DNA of 55,700 bases, from positions 1 to 55,700 of IMG/VR virus record IMGVR_UViG_3300029448_006778; one strand, 5' to 3'. The notes under the pieces are model-generated. The model saw only the letters and a list, made by a program, of their open reading frames with translations. It was not told where the DNA came from and did no database searches. The stretch comes from a virus (lineage: Duplodnaviria > Caudoviricetes). The position numbers and the translations under genes are program-made. Shown here piece by piece: positions 1 through 9,725 of this stretch (position 1 is its first letter; every line of letters begins with the position of its first letter).

Positions 1-279
1 TGTTAAAATTGTTAATCTTCTATTACCAGAAGCTTTATAAATATTCTTAAAAACCCTAAACATAGATTTAATCTTTTTGGGTTGTATCACTTTATCAAAA
101 TCAGAAAAATCAAGCTTATCACCTGGTTTAGATTTGTATATTGCATATTCACCAGTTGTTAATGTTTTTCTTTTTCCTTTATTAATTACATATATTTTTG
201 AATTTGATTTTACTAATGTATCATCAAAATCAAACACTCTTAATTTTTTTTCTAAAATTAAACTTTTCAATTTAATCAT
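1..279 (-). CDS. HAD-superfamily phosphatase with MIKL leader (3' end runs off the window; absent from the ORF track)
   Basis: Hand translation from the ATG at 279 (ATGA overlap with the upstream stop): MIKLKSLILEKKLRVFDFDDTLVKSNSK...GNRRLTILT. Open to base 1. Contains HAD motif I (DxDxT) and the start of motif II (hhhhT). Confidence 0.8.
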   Translation of the reverse strand, partial: MIKLKSLILEKKLRVFDFDDTLVKSNSKIYVINKGKRKTLTTGEYAIYKSKPGDKLDFSDFDKVIQPKKIKSMFRVFKNIYKASGNRRLTILT

Positions 280-692
280 CTTCTGTACAACCAACCACCA
301 TGTACATCGAATCTTGCATATGTTTTAGGTTCAAATATATTACCTCTTACACCCTTTGCTCTTCCATTGTATCCGGCAGGTTTATAAATGTCACCATTAC
401 TTTTATCTACAAAGAAATGTACACTCATACCTTTTTTTGGTTCGTTTGCACGAACATTAACTATTCTATCAAACTTTGGGCCTTTTTTCAAATGTGCTGG
501 ATGTTCCCAACTACCCATTTTGTGTGTAGATGGAAATGATTTTTTATGTTGTTTCTCTGCAGATTTCTTCATAAAATCTAACATCTTTTTCATAGCTCTT
601 TCATATCCAGCAATTGCTTCGTTTTTTGCAGTAATCTCTTTTGCAATATCTTTTGCAATATCTTCACCTAATAGTTCTTTTAGTTTAATCAT
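276..692 (-). CDS. Hypothetical phage protein with MIKL leader
   Basis: Starts MIKLKELLGE. The C-terminal SVHFFVDKSNGDIYKPAG...GGWLYR resembles, from recall, a conserved small protein of T4-like marine phages. Coupled to both neighbours. Confidence 0.7.
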   Translation of the reverse strand: MIKLKELLGEDIAKDIAKEITAKNEAIAGYERAMKKMLDFMKKSAEKQHKKSFPSTHKMGSWEHPAHLKKGPKFDRIVNVRANEPKKGMSVHFFVDKSNGDIYKPAGYNGRAKGVRGNIFEPKTYARFDVHGGWLYRR

Positions 693-1081
693 TAGATTTT
701 ATCCATTAATCTTTTAATCTGTTTTAACATTTTTGCAGTACCTTGGGCATTTTGAAATACACCATAATCTTGTCCAATCTTTACTAATTCGTCAAACTGG
801 TCTCGTAAATCATACTTCATTTGTCTCCAAGTCCTACTATCAATTTTTTTTGCAGGAAGTACTTTTATATTACTTTCTACCAATGTAGGTTTTTCATCTT
901 CATCAAAAGTTTCTTCTTTGAATGCAAAAGCATTACCTGTAAAAACTTTACCAACTTCCATACCTTGTGGTAAATTTATATCAAATGCAGATTCATTTAA
1001 TTGTTCTGTAGAACAACAATCTCCACCACATTCACATGCATGTTTTGTTTCTTCTTTTATTAAATTTTTTAATTTTATCAT
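692..1081 (-). CDS. Hypothetical protein with MIKL leader (probable internal head protein)
   Basis: Start moved from 1105 to the ATG at 1081 (MIKLKNLIKEE), just after the upstream stop at 1083-1085. Has a Cys cluster (CECGGDCC) and LNE/LVE linkers. Confidence 0.65.
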   Translation of the reverse strand: MIKLKNLIKEETKHACECGGDCCSTEQLNESAFDINLPQGMEVGKVFTGNAFAFKEETFDEDEKPTLVESNIKVLPAKKIDSRTWRQMKYDLRDQFDELVKIGQDYGVFQNAQGTAKMLKQIKRLMDKI

Positions 1082-1082
1082 T

Positions 1083-2075
1083 TTACCAAATCCTTGCGAA
1101 AGCACCTGAAGTAATAGTATTGGACATCTTACCGATTTCTTTTCCTACTCTCTGTGCATTGAATCCCATATATTCATTATCAGGGAAATTTTTCTTATCT
1201 CTCATATCTCTTTCTAAATCCATACGATACGAATCTATTTTTTCATAAAACTTATTCATAGCAGTTGTGATAGAAGCTAATGCACTCATTACATCACCCT
1301 CATCTGTAGGGTCTAACTTTTTACCAGCCATTATTTTATCAGAAAATGCATTTGGTTTACCACCTACTAATCCAACAATTAGTTTATTAGCATAATCTTT
1401 TGTTTTCTTAATTACACTTTTTACTTTTGCTGGGTCATTGTAAATCTTCTTTAATGCAGCTTCATATCTTCTTTCATTTTCTTGTTTAAAATCTTTATCA
1501 GTTCTCCATGTCCAAGAACCATCTTTAACATCTGATCTTAATTTTCTTAATACATCAGCACCAATATAAGGTAATAACTCATCAGTTAGAATTTGATAGA
1601 ATTGAATTCCATCTATCTTTTTAATTGATTGTGGACTTTGATACCCATATTTGTTTAAACCAAAAGTTTTATAATTATCTGCACCCCATTTTGTTGGGTT
1701 ACCAACTGAGATATCTTTAGCATAATACGATTTTGTCCACCAAATTGTCTTACCATTATTTAATACACTTACAATAGTACCTTTATCTATCTCTTGATCA
1801 CTTTCCCAATATCTATTACCTTTTGCATAAAGAGTTACTTTCTTACTTGTCACTGCAATCGCAACACCTTTTCTTGGTAGTTTATTTAACTTGTTGATAT
1901 GTTTATCTTGTATCTCACTTGCCATAACACCTTGTTTTGCCATCCAAGTATATAAATCTCTATCTAATCCCCAATTTTGTTTTGCAGAAAATTTTCTTAA
2001 TATATTACTTTTAAATTTTTCTGTAATAAGGTGTGATACTTTTGATTCTTTTAGTATGTCTTTTAATTTTATCAT
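1083..2075 (-). CDS. Hypothetical basic protein with MIKL leader
   Basis: 330-aa ORF starting MIKLKDILKES...LITE; no recognisable catalytic motif. Confidence 0.7.
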   Translation of the reverse strand: MIKLKDILKESKVSHLITEKFKSNILRKFSAKQNWGLDRDLYTWMAKQGVMASEIQDKHINKLNKLPRKGVAIAVTSKKVTLYAKGNRYWESDQEIDKGTIVSVLNNGKTIWWTKSYYAKDISVGNPTKWGADNYKTFGLNKYGYQSPQSIKKIDGIQFYQILTDELLPYIGADVLRKLRSDVKDGSWTWRTDKDFKQENERRYEAALKKIYNDPAKVKSVIKKTKDYANKLIVGLVGGKPNAFSDKIMAGKKLDPTDEGDVMSALASITTAMNKFYEKIDSYRMDLERDMRDKKNFPDNEYMGFNAQRVGKEIGKMSNTITSGAFARIW

Positions 2076-2668
2076 TATCTTAAACTCACATTTTTACCGA
2101 ACTTCTTCCACATATTCCCAATTACTATGTAGAGTTTCTTTTCGTTTAGTTTATTCATCTTTTCTTTTATTGGGTCACTGGCCTTATCATATAGTTGTGT
2201 GAATAATCCAGCACTTAAACTATCTAATGTTCTACCACCGAGTTTTCCATAACCATTTTTTTGTATATCAAAAATCTTTTGAACACCCTTTGATTTGGTA
2301 ACTTCTTCTTGAGTTAAGGCCTGATTTTTAAGATAATCGTTTTCATCTTTATTTGATTCTTTTAAATCTCTATCTTCTGGACCAGTTCCACCAGGTGATT
2401 TGAGTTTCCTACCTGTGACTGAATGTGTATAACCACAAGTTTCTAACTCTAATCGAATCATCTCTCTAAGTTTCTTTAACATTTCTTTTTTCACTTTATT
2501 AGGTAATCCCTTGTGTTTTGTTGATGCATATTTCTCAGTATCTTTCTTACTCATAGATTTTGCAGCATCTTTAACTGATTTACTTACTTTACTTGTTGGT
2601 ACTTCACCTTTTTTATAAGCATGAACCAAACCCATAAATCTCTGTTGAGCTTTGGACTTGGAAGGCAT
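2075..2668 (-). CDS. Modular basic protein with a DUF3008-like N-terminus
   Basis: MPSKSKAQQRFMGLVHA...YASTKHKGLPNKV resembles DUF3008-type proteins; further short modules follow LELE and LKE. Confidence 0.6.
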   Translation of the reverse strand: MPSKSKAQQRFMGLVHAYKKGEVPTSKVSKSVKDAAKSMSKKDTEKYASTKHKGLPNKVKKEMLKKLREMIRLELETCGYTHSVTGRKLKSPGGTGPEDRDLKESNKDENDYLKNQALTQEEVTKSKGVQKIFDIQKNGYGKLGGRTLDSLSAGLFTQLYDKASDPIKEKMNKLNEKKLYIVIGNMWKKFGKNVSLR

Positions 2669-2669
2669 A

Positions 2670-3287
2670 TTACTCTCCTCGTATAATTTTATTAATTATA
2701 TCTTCTGCTTTACAAAATTGTCCACAAGTTCTCGATTGTCCTCTTTCGACATTCTCGTTTACTGGATATAGAAATGCTCCATGTGTTGATGGATTCGATA
2801 CAAAATCAAATGCAATCAATTCAAAGTCATTTCCAACTTTTTGTGCAGGTTCATCATCTGGACCTTCTGATACGGTTTCAACTGAACCCATACCACGAGA
2901 ACTAATACCTAACTTGATACCATTCTTGAATAATTCTCTTAAAATATTTCCACTTGGTGTTGTTAGGATTTCTACCGTTCCTAATAAGTTATCACCCTCA
3001 AAGTGCATTTCTGTAATATTATGAGATACATTTTGTAAATTTACTACTGAACTATCTGGATGATCTAATTCACCAAGTGCTCTTTTTTGTTTAATAAAAT
3101 TACTATTATATTTTTTTGACTCACGAACCAAAATATCTCTTGGATATACTCTTCCATTTTGATTTTTTGCTTCTGCTCTTTGTAATACACCTTTAACAAC
3201 TAACTTTCCGTTGTTTTCTTTGATTGACTCATTTACTTGAGTTGCTGATATATCAAATGGTATATAATCTACAATTAAATCCCTCAT
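2670..3287 (-). CDS. Prohead core protease (T4 gp21-like)
   Basis: Motifs GVLQRAEAKNQNGRVYP, ALGELDHP, GISSRGMGS and FDFVSNPS; lies downstream of the portal gene. Confidence 0.93.
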   Translation of the reverse strand: MRDLIVDYIPFDISATQVNESIKENNGKLVVKGVLQRAEAKNQNGRVYPRDILVRESKKYNSNFIKQKRALGELDHPDSSVVNLQNVSHNITEMHFEGDNLLGTVEILTTPSGNILRELFKNGIKLGISSRGMGSVETVSEGPDDEPAQKVGNDFELIAFDFVSNPSTHGAFLYPVNENVERGQSRTCGQFCKAEDIINKIIRGE

Positions 3288-3288
3288 C

Positions 3289-3759
3289 TTATTTCATCCT
3301 TTTAATCATTCCTACAACTTCTCTCATAAATTTAGTTACATTATCTTTGTAGGATTTTTTTATATCTTTTGCTAATTTCTTATTTTCTGTTCTTGGGTCT
3401 CGTAGAAAACCTTGTTCTACTTTTAACATTCTTTCTCTAAACTTACCCTCAATCTTAATTAACATTTGTAATTCTTTTTTAGTAATTCTAATATCATCTG
3501 GACTTTCTGTTACTGATATGGATTCATTTTCTCTTTTTTTCTTTTCATCTCTATCCATTTTATCATTTGCATCTTGTGCAGCTTTACTCATTTTATTATC
3601 GATGTCTTTTGCTCCACCTGGTTTTGCAGGTCTACCACTACCTTTACCACCCTCTTTATTTAACTTATGTTTTTTCATAGTATCTTCAAGAGTAGGTAAC
3701 GGATCACCGAAACTTCTATTCAATATGTCAATAGATTCTTTTAAATATTTATCGTTCAT
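3289..3759 (-). CDS. Hypothetical head-cluster protein
   Basis: 156 aa, charged, with LKE/VTE linkers; between portal and protease. Confidence 0.65.
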   Translation of the reverse strand: MNDKYLKESIDILNRSFGDPLPTLEDTMKKHKLNKEGGKGSGRPAKPGGAKDIDNKMSKAAQDANDKMDRDEKKKRENESISVTESPDDIRITKKELQMLIKIEGKFRERMLKVEQGFLRDPRTENKKLAKDIKKSYKDNVTKFMREVVGMIKRMK

Positions 3760-4400
3760 TGTAATTTCCCTACTTTGTTAGCTAACTTAACTAATCTTTC
3801 TGAAATTTTACTCATTGCCTTATGTGTGTTCTTCCAATATGAGTTTGAATCAACACTTAACTCGTTCTTCAATTTAACATTCATATCAATAAGTTTACTT
3901 AATCCATTTAATGAATCCCTTACTTCTCTCATTGAACGACCAATCTTTTGTTTTGGGGATAATGTTTCGTCATTTCTCCAATCGTGATAACGACCTTCGT
4001 TTACTTTTTCAAAACCAAATACATCTGGTTTTTTATGTCCTTTTTTCTTTTTCTTAGAGAATGCCATTGGTGTATCATAATGTCCAGTACCTGTTCCATC
4101 AATTCCTGCAGATGCAGTAGTGTTTGATTCTTCAAGTTCTTTGATTTCTTGTTGAACTAATGTTTTTATAATACTTTTTACTGATTCTGTTTTTTTATCA
4201 ATCTGTTTACCAAATGCAGGTTGAACTCTTGATACATCTTTAACTGCCTTCAAACCTTTTTTTAACATTTTACCTACAAGTGTTTTTGCTTGACTAGCAG
4301 ATTGTGCATTTACTATAGTATTTGCAAGTCCATGTTTTTCACCCAAGTCAAACTTAACTGAAAACATTGCCTCGTTGATTTTATTTTTTACTTGTGACAT
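3756..4400 (-). CDS. Hypothetical head-cluster protein (modular)
   Basis: 214 aa; modules separated by INE, LEE and VNE; C-terminal helical region ending ISERLVKLANKVGKLQ. Confidence 0.65.
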   Translation of the reverse strand: MSQVKNKINEAMFSVKFDLGEKHGLANTIVNAQSASQAKTLVGKMLKKGLKAVKDVSRVQPAFGKQIDKKTESVKSIIKTLVQQEIKELEESNTTASAGIDGTGTGHYDTPMAFSKKKKKGHKKPDVFGFEKVNEGRYHDWRNDETLSPKQKIGRSMREVRDSLNGLSKLIDMNVKLKNELSVDSNSYWKNTHKAMSKISERLVKLANKVGKLQ

Positions 4401-5253
4401 TTTTCAATTCCTTAACTAATTCGTAATATCTCATTAAACTTACGACATTTTTATCTTTTACCACACTACTATTAGAAATAGTATCAGTATGATTGATTGC
4501 CTCACTTAGTTTAATCTTAGTGATTTTATCATCTACTTTTGGTAAATAAGTTTTTAATGTCTTTTTAATTTTAATAACCTCATTATCAACAAATTCCTTT
4601 AATGAATTAGTATTAGATATATTATTGATATATTCTTTCAATAAATTCTTTTGATTTTCATTTAGGGATTTGTATTTGGAATTGAACTTATCAACTAACA
4701 ATTGATATGTCAAAAGTCGTAAATCTTTATCTTCAGTACCATAACTTTCTAATACTTTGGATTTTGTATCTTTACTATTTTTATTGTTAGTTATATGTTC
4801 GACAATGGTAATTGTACTATCAGTAGTTTCTATAGGACTAAAAGTTTCTTTACCTGTTTCTGTAGAAAATACTTTAAATATTGATGCCAACATTTTAAAA
4901 TTTGGAATTCTTGTATTAAAGAACTCTTTTACATCATAATTTTCTTTAATTGTTTTAATTAAATTAAATTTTTCGCTATTTAGTCTACGATTAGATAAAT
5001 TCCTGCGAGTTTTTATTACTGCTTCAAGTAATTTCTCTCCATGAGAATTATCACCGTATTTCTTTTCTAATAAAATTTTATAAAGTTCGTATTCTTTTCC
5101 CAATTGTGTTGTTTTATTGAAAAATTCTTTAAAAATTTTAACTGCAGGTGTATCTTTTGTGTCATTTAAGACATCAACCGTTATCTGACGAGATAAAAGT
5201 TCATAAAGAATACCTGTATTCTTTATTTTATTGTGTTTTACTAAACGAGACAT
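4381..5253 (-). CDS. Hypothetical helical protein immediately downstream of portal (possible prohead core component)
   Basis: 290-aa ORF with a GGAG SD; function inferred from position only. Confidence 0.65.
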   Translation of the reverse strand: MSRLVKHNKIKNTGILYELLSRQITVDVLNDTKDTPAVKIFKEFFNKTTQLGKEYELYKILLEKKYGDNSHGEKLLEAVIKTRRNLSNRRLNSEKFNLIKTIKENYDVKEFFNTRIPNFKMLASIFKVFSTETGKETFSPIETTDSTITIVEHITNNKNSKDTKSKVLESYGTEDKDLRLLTYQLLVDKFNSKYKSLNENQKNLLKEYINNISNTNSLKEFVDNEVIKIKKTLKTYLPKVDDKITKIKLSEAINHTDTISNSSVVKDKNVVSLMRYYELVKELKNVTSKK

Positions 5254-5282
5254 ATCAGCTCCATGTTTTCTATTTGACTACT

Positions 5283-5291
5283 AATAAATAT
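5283..5291 (-). promoter_or_regulatory. Putative phage late-promoter motif (ATATTTATT)
   Basis: In the 70-bp gap after portal; the same motif recurs in five other intergenic gaps. Confidence 0.45.
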
Positions 5292-5323
5292 AAAACTATT
5301 AAGAAATGTGTATTTTATAGACA

Positions 5324-7171
5324 CTATTTTTTTCCTTTGTAATCATTATATTCTTGTTCAACTTCATCTATTTTCTTCTCTTCAGATAAAATTTCTTGTG
5401 ATTTTTTACCCATTGTCTTTTTCAATGCATCATAGTGAGCAAGTGCTAATGGTGATTTGGTATATTGATTCTTTTTATCTTGTTTTCCTAAAGGATCTCT
5501 ACCTCTTGCACCACTATCTTTACTATACTTGTTCATTTCCTTGGGTCTACCTGCACCCTCGTGTCCACCCTCAGGTGAACCACCTTGTTCATCTACATCA
5601 CTCCAAACTGAACCTGCAACTGAATCATCATTGTCGTCATCCGATGATGTCATATCACTTGGTGTTCCAACTGATTCTCCAGATGCTTGTGGATCATTGC
5701 CTTCATTTTCGATTTGTTCGTATCTAAATTTATTTTTCTGGTCTTGAACAATTTGTTTTTCAATTTCTTTCTTCTCATCATCTGAAAAATTAAACACATT
5801 GTTATAAACCCATTCACTTGGTAGTAATTTCTCACCAATCATATCACGAGCTAATGAAACTTTCTGTCCCCATAGTTCAATCTTTTCTTGGTCATACATT
5901 GTAGATGGATTAGTTAATTCTAATTCGAAATTCACCAACTCTGCATCTGTATACCCTTGTGAATATAAGTGAACAACTGCAATCTTTGTTAACTCTGATA
6001 TAATAATTCTCTGTATTCTTTCTATGGTTCTAGCAAATCTTACATCTTCTGCTGCGAGTGTTGCTTTACTTCCCATGTTTTCATCAAATCCTAAGAATGC
6101 CTTTGGTACTCTTAGTGATGCCAATAGTTTATTCTTTAAATATTCAATGTCATCAGTTGAATCATAATCTAATCCACCCAACTCTGATATTTCAGTTCCA
6201 CTATCTCCACCTCGAACTGGCATAAAGAAGTCTTCTGTTAGGTTCTGTATATTATATTTTAAATTATAATCTCCAGTATTCTCATCAAGGAATGGTGTTT
6301 TCTTCATCTTGTTGATGATTCTTTGCATATAATTATCGACTTCATTTGGTGGTATATTACCAATGTCAATCTTGTAAACTCTCTTCGATGGTGCTCTCAT
6401 AATTCTGTGAATCAACATCGCATCTTCCATAAGAGTTAATTGTTTCCAAGTCTTTCTTGCACTTTCCATCATTGATTTACCATAAGGTAAAAAGTTACTA
6501 TCACTTGCCAATCTGAAGTGTGCTACTTGAAAGTTTTCAAATTCAATATTATTACCTTTTTGTTTTGCTCCAAGGTAAGGATGTGCACCCTCAATACTTT
6601 CTAAATAGAATTTAGTATAGTATGGATTAATTGGATCTTCACCCTCTGCTCTTACGACTTCATAAGGTGACAATGGTATAACATTAGTAATACCATACTT
6701 CTCATTTACATCTAAGTATAGATAAAAATCTCCATACTTACACATATTACGAACCCAAGGCCATAGGTTGAACTCAATGTTCATAATATCATAAAATAAA
6801 TTATGTAATATTTCTTTAATGTTTTCGTTATCTGATTTAATCTCAACCACATTACCATATTCTGATTTCATTGTTGATTCATCTGAATAGATATCCAATG
6901 CACTCGATATGATAGAGTCACTATCCATCGTTTCATAGTCTTTAAATAACCCCAATCGTGCAGCCATCACTTGGTGAACTGACGAATAGCCTGTCCCCAC
7001 TAAGTCTAAATTTGAATGTAGTTTAGAATATCTATCTACAAGATGACTCTTCATTTGATGTTGTACTTGATCTGTATCAGCAATTTTTAATTTCCTACCA
7101 CCAACATTTCTTACAATAACATTTGTTGAAAATAGTCGTTGTAATCGACCAAATAATGATTTATCTGCCAT
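5324..7171 (-). CDS. Portal protein (T4 gp20-like)
   Basis: Motifs LMEDAMLIHRIMRAPSKRVYKIDIGN, EDFFMPVRGGDSGTEI, DIEYLKNKL and EDVRFARTIERIQ; directly follows terminase. Confidence 0.95.
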   Translation of the reverse strand: MADKSLFGRLQRLFSTNVIVRNVGGRKLKIADTDQVQHQMKSHLVDRYSKLHSNLDLVGTGYSSVHQVMAARLGLFKDYETMDSDSIISSALDIYSDESTMKSEYGNVVEIKSDNENIKEILHNLFYDIMNIEFNLWPWVRNMCKYGDFYLYLDVNEKYGITNVIPLSPYEVVRAEGEDPINPYYTKFYLESIEGAHPYLGAKQKGNNIEFENFQVAHFRLASDSNFLPYGKSMMESARKTWKQLTLMEDAMLIHRIMRAPSKRVYKIDIGNIPPNEVDNYMQRIINKMKKTPFLDENTGDYNLKYNIQNLTEDFFMPVRGGDSGTEISELGGLDYDSTDDIEYLKNKLLASLRVPKAFLGFDENMGSKATLAAEDVRFARTIERIQRIIISELTKIAVVHLYSQGYTDAELVNFELELTNPSTMYDQEKIELWGQKVSLARDMIGEKLLPSEWVYNNVFNFSDDEKKEIEKQIVQDQKNKFRYEQIENEGNDPQASGESVGTPSDMTSSDDDNDDSVAGSVWSDVDEQGGSPEGGHEGAGRPKEMNKYSKDSGARGRDPLGKQDKKNQYTKSPLALAHYDALKKTMGKKSQEILSEEKKIDEVEQEYNDYKGKK

Positions 7172-7183
7172 GTTTTACCTCAC

Positions 7184-8767
7184 TTACAAGAGCCACTCTA
7201 ATGACTCTTTTTCTTTGTTTTTTCCAGTTTCCCACTCCCAACTATCGTTTTTATTCACATCATCGTTAGTGTACAAACCCTCATTATCCATCATTTTGGA
7301 TAATGTCTTTTTTGTTAATTCAATTCCCTCGGTTCGTAGTCTTAATGCAGTATCACGAACCCATAAACCAATAGCAAAAGACATAACTAAATCATCGTTA
7401 TATCCTCTCATTGCTTCGGCTCTATTATTAATATAAACGAATGTTAATAATTCATCTATTAATCTACTTGAGTGAACCACTACTGATTCATCTCTAAAAT
7501 ATTCTTCAAGTTTTGCAATAATTAATGGACGGGTTTTCATTGTAGTTGTAAATCCTGCCACCATATTTCTTTCTTGAGCTCTATATCGATTACCCATCTG
7601 ATGTTGTGTATCAATATATTTTAAATCTTTACTTGTATAAAATAGATTAGGATAATCCCTATCTATTACTTGTTGGATTGTTGCCCAACCAATGTTGTTG
7701 TTTTCTATAATTAGTAAGGCATCGTTATATTCTGTTGCTATACTTACTAACATATTTCCAAAATCTTTGGTATTTATTCTACCTTTGTATTCTGCGACTT
7801 GTTCTATAGTTTCAATGTCAATAACATGGAATGCTGAATAATCTCCACCATCTCCTCTACCCACATCTGCACATACTACATAATTATTTTGATAGTTTGG
7901 TGGTTCCCAAATCCAACAATTACTATCAATACCTCTTCTTTCAAGTGGTTCCTTAACTGATGTTTCTCTACACTTTTCTAATAATACTGCATCAATTACT
8001 GAAGTACCAGAAGTTAAGAAGTCACAATCACATTCTTGTGCTGCACTTCCTGGCCCAAGTAGTGTATCTTGTTCATCTCTCCATTCTTGTTTCCTATCTG
8101 GATGAACCGTCCAATGTAACTTGATTGGATTAAACAAACCAACAGCATCTTCGGCCTCTACCCAAGTTTTGTGGAACCAATTACCAACTCCATTAGGTGT
8201 TGACAATGCAATACATTGTCCACCAGTAGTTAGTGTTTGTTGTGCTGCAGTCCATATATCATCAATCTTATCAATGAATGCTGCCTCATCCAATATCAAT
8301 AATGATAATGCCTCTGAACGAGCTGCTTCTGGACCTGATGCAACTGCCTTAACTTGTGAACCATTTTTATATCGTAAGTTCAGTTTGTTATCCTCAACAC
8401 ATCTTTGTTTCAACCAACTCGGTAGATTAGCATGCATAACACGAATTTTTGTTACCAAATTTTTTGCCACATCTTGTTTGGTTGCAATTACCAAAATGTT
8501 TTTATCTTGATGAAAAGTCATCATCCATAAAGAATACCCTGCAGTTAATGTTGATAACCCTAACTGACGAGCTTTCAAAATAACATTCATTCGATGTTCT
8601 TGAAATTCATCAACAACTTTATCTTGAAAGTCAAATAAGTCAAATGGTATCTTACCTCGTATTGGATGTTGTATAACACAATACTTTTTCATAAAATATG
8701 CTGGACTTTGTGCACACTTTATGTATTCTGACTTAATTACTTCTTTTAATTGTTTTGGTTGTCCCAT
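7184..8767 (-). CDS. terL: Terminase large subunit (T4 gp17-like)
   Basis: Adenine-binding region LFDFQ, Walker A variant KARQLGLST, Walker B LLILDEAAF, coupling motif LSTPNG, and nuclease motifs CADVGRG and NDDLVMS. Confidence 0.96.
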   Translation of the reverse strand: MGQPKQLKEVIKSEYIKCAQSPAYFMKKYCVIQHPIRGKIPFDLFDFQDKVVDEFQEHRMNVILKARQLGLSTLTAGYSLWMMTFHQDKNILVIATKQDVAKNLVTKIRVMHANLPSWLKQRCVEDNKLNLRYKNGSQVKAVASGPEAARSEALSLLILDEAAFIDKIDDIWTAAQQTLTTGGQCIALSTPNGVGNWFHKTWVEAEDAVGLFNPIKLHWTVHPDRKQEWRDEQDTLLGPGSAAQECDCDFLTSGTSVIDAVLLEKCRETSVKEPLERRGIDSNCWIWEPPNYQNNYVVCADVGRGDGGDYSAFHVIDIETIEQVAEYKGRINTKDFGNMLVSIATEYNDALLIIENNNIGWATIQQVIDRDYPNLFYTSKDLKYIDTQHQMGNRYRAQERNMVAGFTTTMKTRPLIIAKLEEYFRDESVVVHSSRLIDELLTFVYINNRAEAMRGYNDDLVMSFAIGLWVRDTALRLRTEGIELTKKTLSKMMDNEGLYTNDDVNKNDSWEWETGKNKEKESLEWLL

Positions 8768-9150
8768 TAGTTTGTTATTTGTCCTGCAAGATTAACTGAA
8801 ATTGCTGTAGCACCTACACCATAAACAAACCATAACCATTTATTTTCATGCCACTTAGGTTTAACAAGTTTAACCTTATCTTTATAAAGTTCATTTGTTT
8901 CCTTTAGTAATAAAATCTGAAGTTCTCGTTTTTCTATTATTAAAGAATCCATAAATGCATTCTCTTCTAATTTAAATACGACACTTTCTAAATCAGATAT
9001 TGCAATGGTGGATAGACTATCGGCCTTTTCAAACCCTTTTAGTCTATTTGCCCACTCAATTACATCTGTTTTAGGTAGAGTTATGGTTTCTTCTTCAGTT
9101 TGACCAAGAAGAACACTAAACAAAAATACTATGTATATTAAATATCTCAT
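8767..9150 (-). CDS. Exported/membrane protein with signal peptide, coiled coil and C-terminal hydrophobic segment (possible lysis accessory)
   Basis: MRYLIYIVFLFSVLLG is signal-like; the C-terminus is WLWFVYGVGATAISVNLAG. Confidence 0.55.
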   Translation of the reverse strand: MRYLIYIVFLFSVLLGQTEEETITLPKTDVIEWANRLKGFEKADSLSTIAISDLESVVFKLEENAFMDSLIIEKRELQILLLKETNELYKDKVKLVKPKWHENKWLWFVYGVGATAISVNLAGQITN

Positions 9151-9153
9151 ATA

Positions 9154-9162
9154 TATAAGTAT
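9154..9162 (-). promoter_or_regulatory. Putative late-promoter motif variant (ATACTTATA), 3 nt upstream of an ATG
   Basis: In a 15-bp gap; one mismatch to the ATATTTATA motif; no SD before the ATG at 9150. Confidence 0.3.
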
Positions 9163-9165
9163 ATA

Positions 9166-9453
9166 CTACTTACTAAATTTCTTCAAATATTTTAATGCTT
9201 CATCAACATCTTGTACATCTGATGCTTCTTTTGCCTTAATTATTTGTTTTTTAGTATTAGTTACCTTTCGTTTAAGATTACCAACTTCTTTTTTGTTGAC
9301 TTTCTTCTTCTTCTCAAGTTTAACTACTTCTTCTTCAAGTTTAGTTACTTCTTCACTCTTCTTCTCTATTGCTTTATCTAACTTTTTGATTTCTTCTTTT
9401 TTCTTTCCACCAAAAAATAGATTTGTTATGAATCCGATTATCTTCCCAATCAT
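9166..9453 (-). CDS. Small Lys-rich coiled-coil protein with hydrophobic N-terminus
   Basis: MIGKIIGFITNLFFGG followed by a heptad-like K/E region; GGAGG SD. Confidence 0.65.
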   Translation of the reverse strand: MIGKIIGFITNLFFGGKKKEEIKKLDKAIEKKSEEVTKLEEEVVKLEKKKKVNKKEVGNLKRKVTNTKKQIIKAKEASDVQDVDEALKYLKKFSK

Positions 9454-9725
9454 TATTCATCCTCCTTGTTAGGTTTACTTATTCCTGCGTCATCTAAAAG
9501 TTCATCAAGTGAAAATGTATTAAACTTTTCTTTGTGTCGTACATCTTCATATTCTAAACTCATAAGTTTTCTCACTACCCTCGTGTAAAGATTTACTAAT
9601 GAATTAGTTTCTTTACCACCAACTTTATTATTATAATCTATAGCAATCTCACCTAATCGTGAAGTTAATGCCATTAAATCAAGTACTATTGATTCAGGTA
9701 ATATTAAGTTTTTTGGCTTCTTCAT
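9453..9725 (-). CDS. Hypothetical protein
   Basis: 90-aa ORF filling the gap, coupled to its neighbours. Confidence 0.6.
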   Translation of the reverse strand: MKKPKNLILPESIVLDLMALTSRLGEIAIDYNNKVGGKETNSLVNLYTRVVRKLMSLEYEDVRHKEKFNTFSLDELLDDAGISKPNKEDE

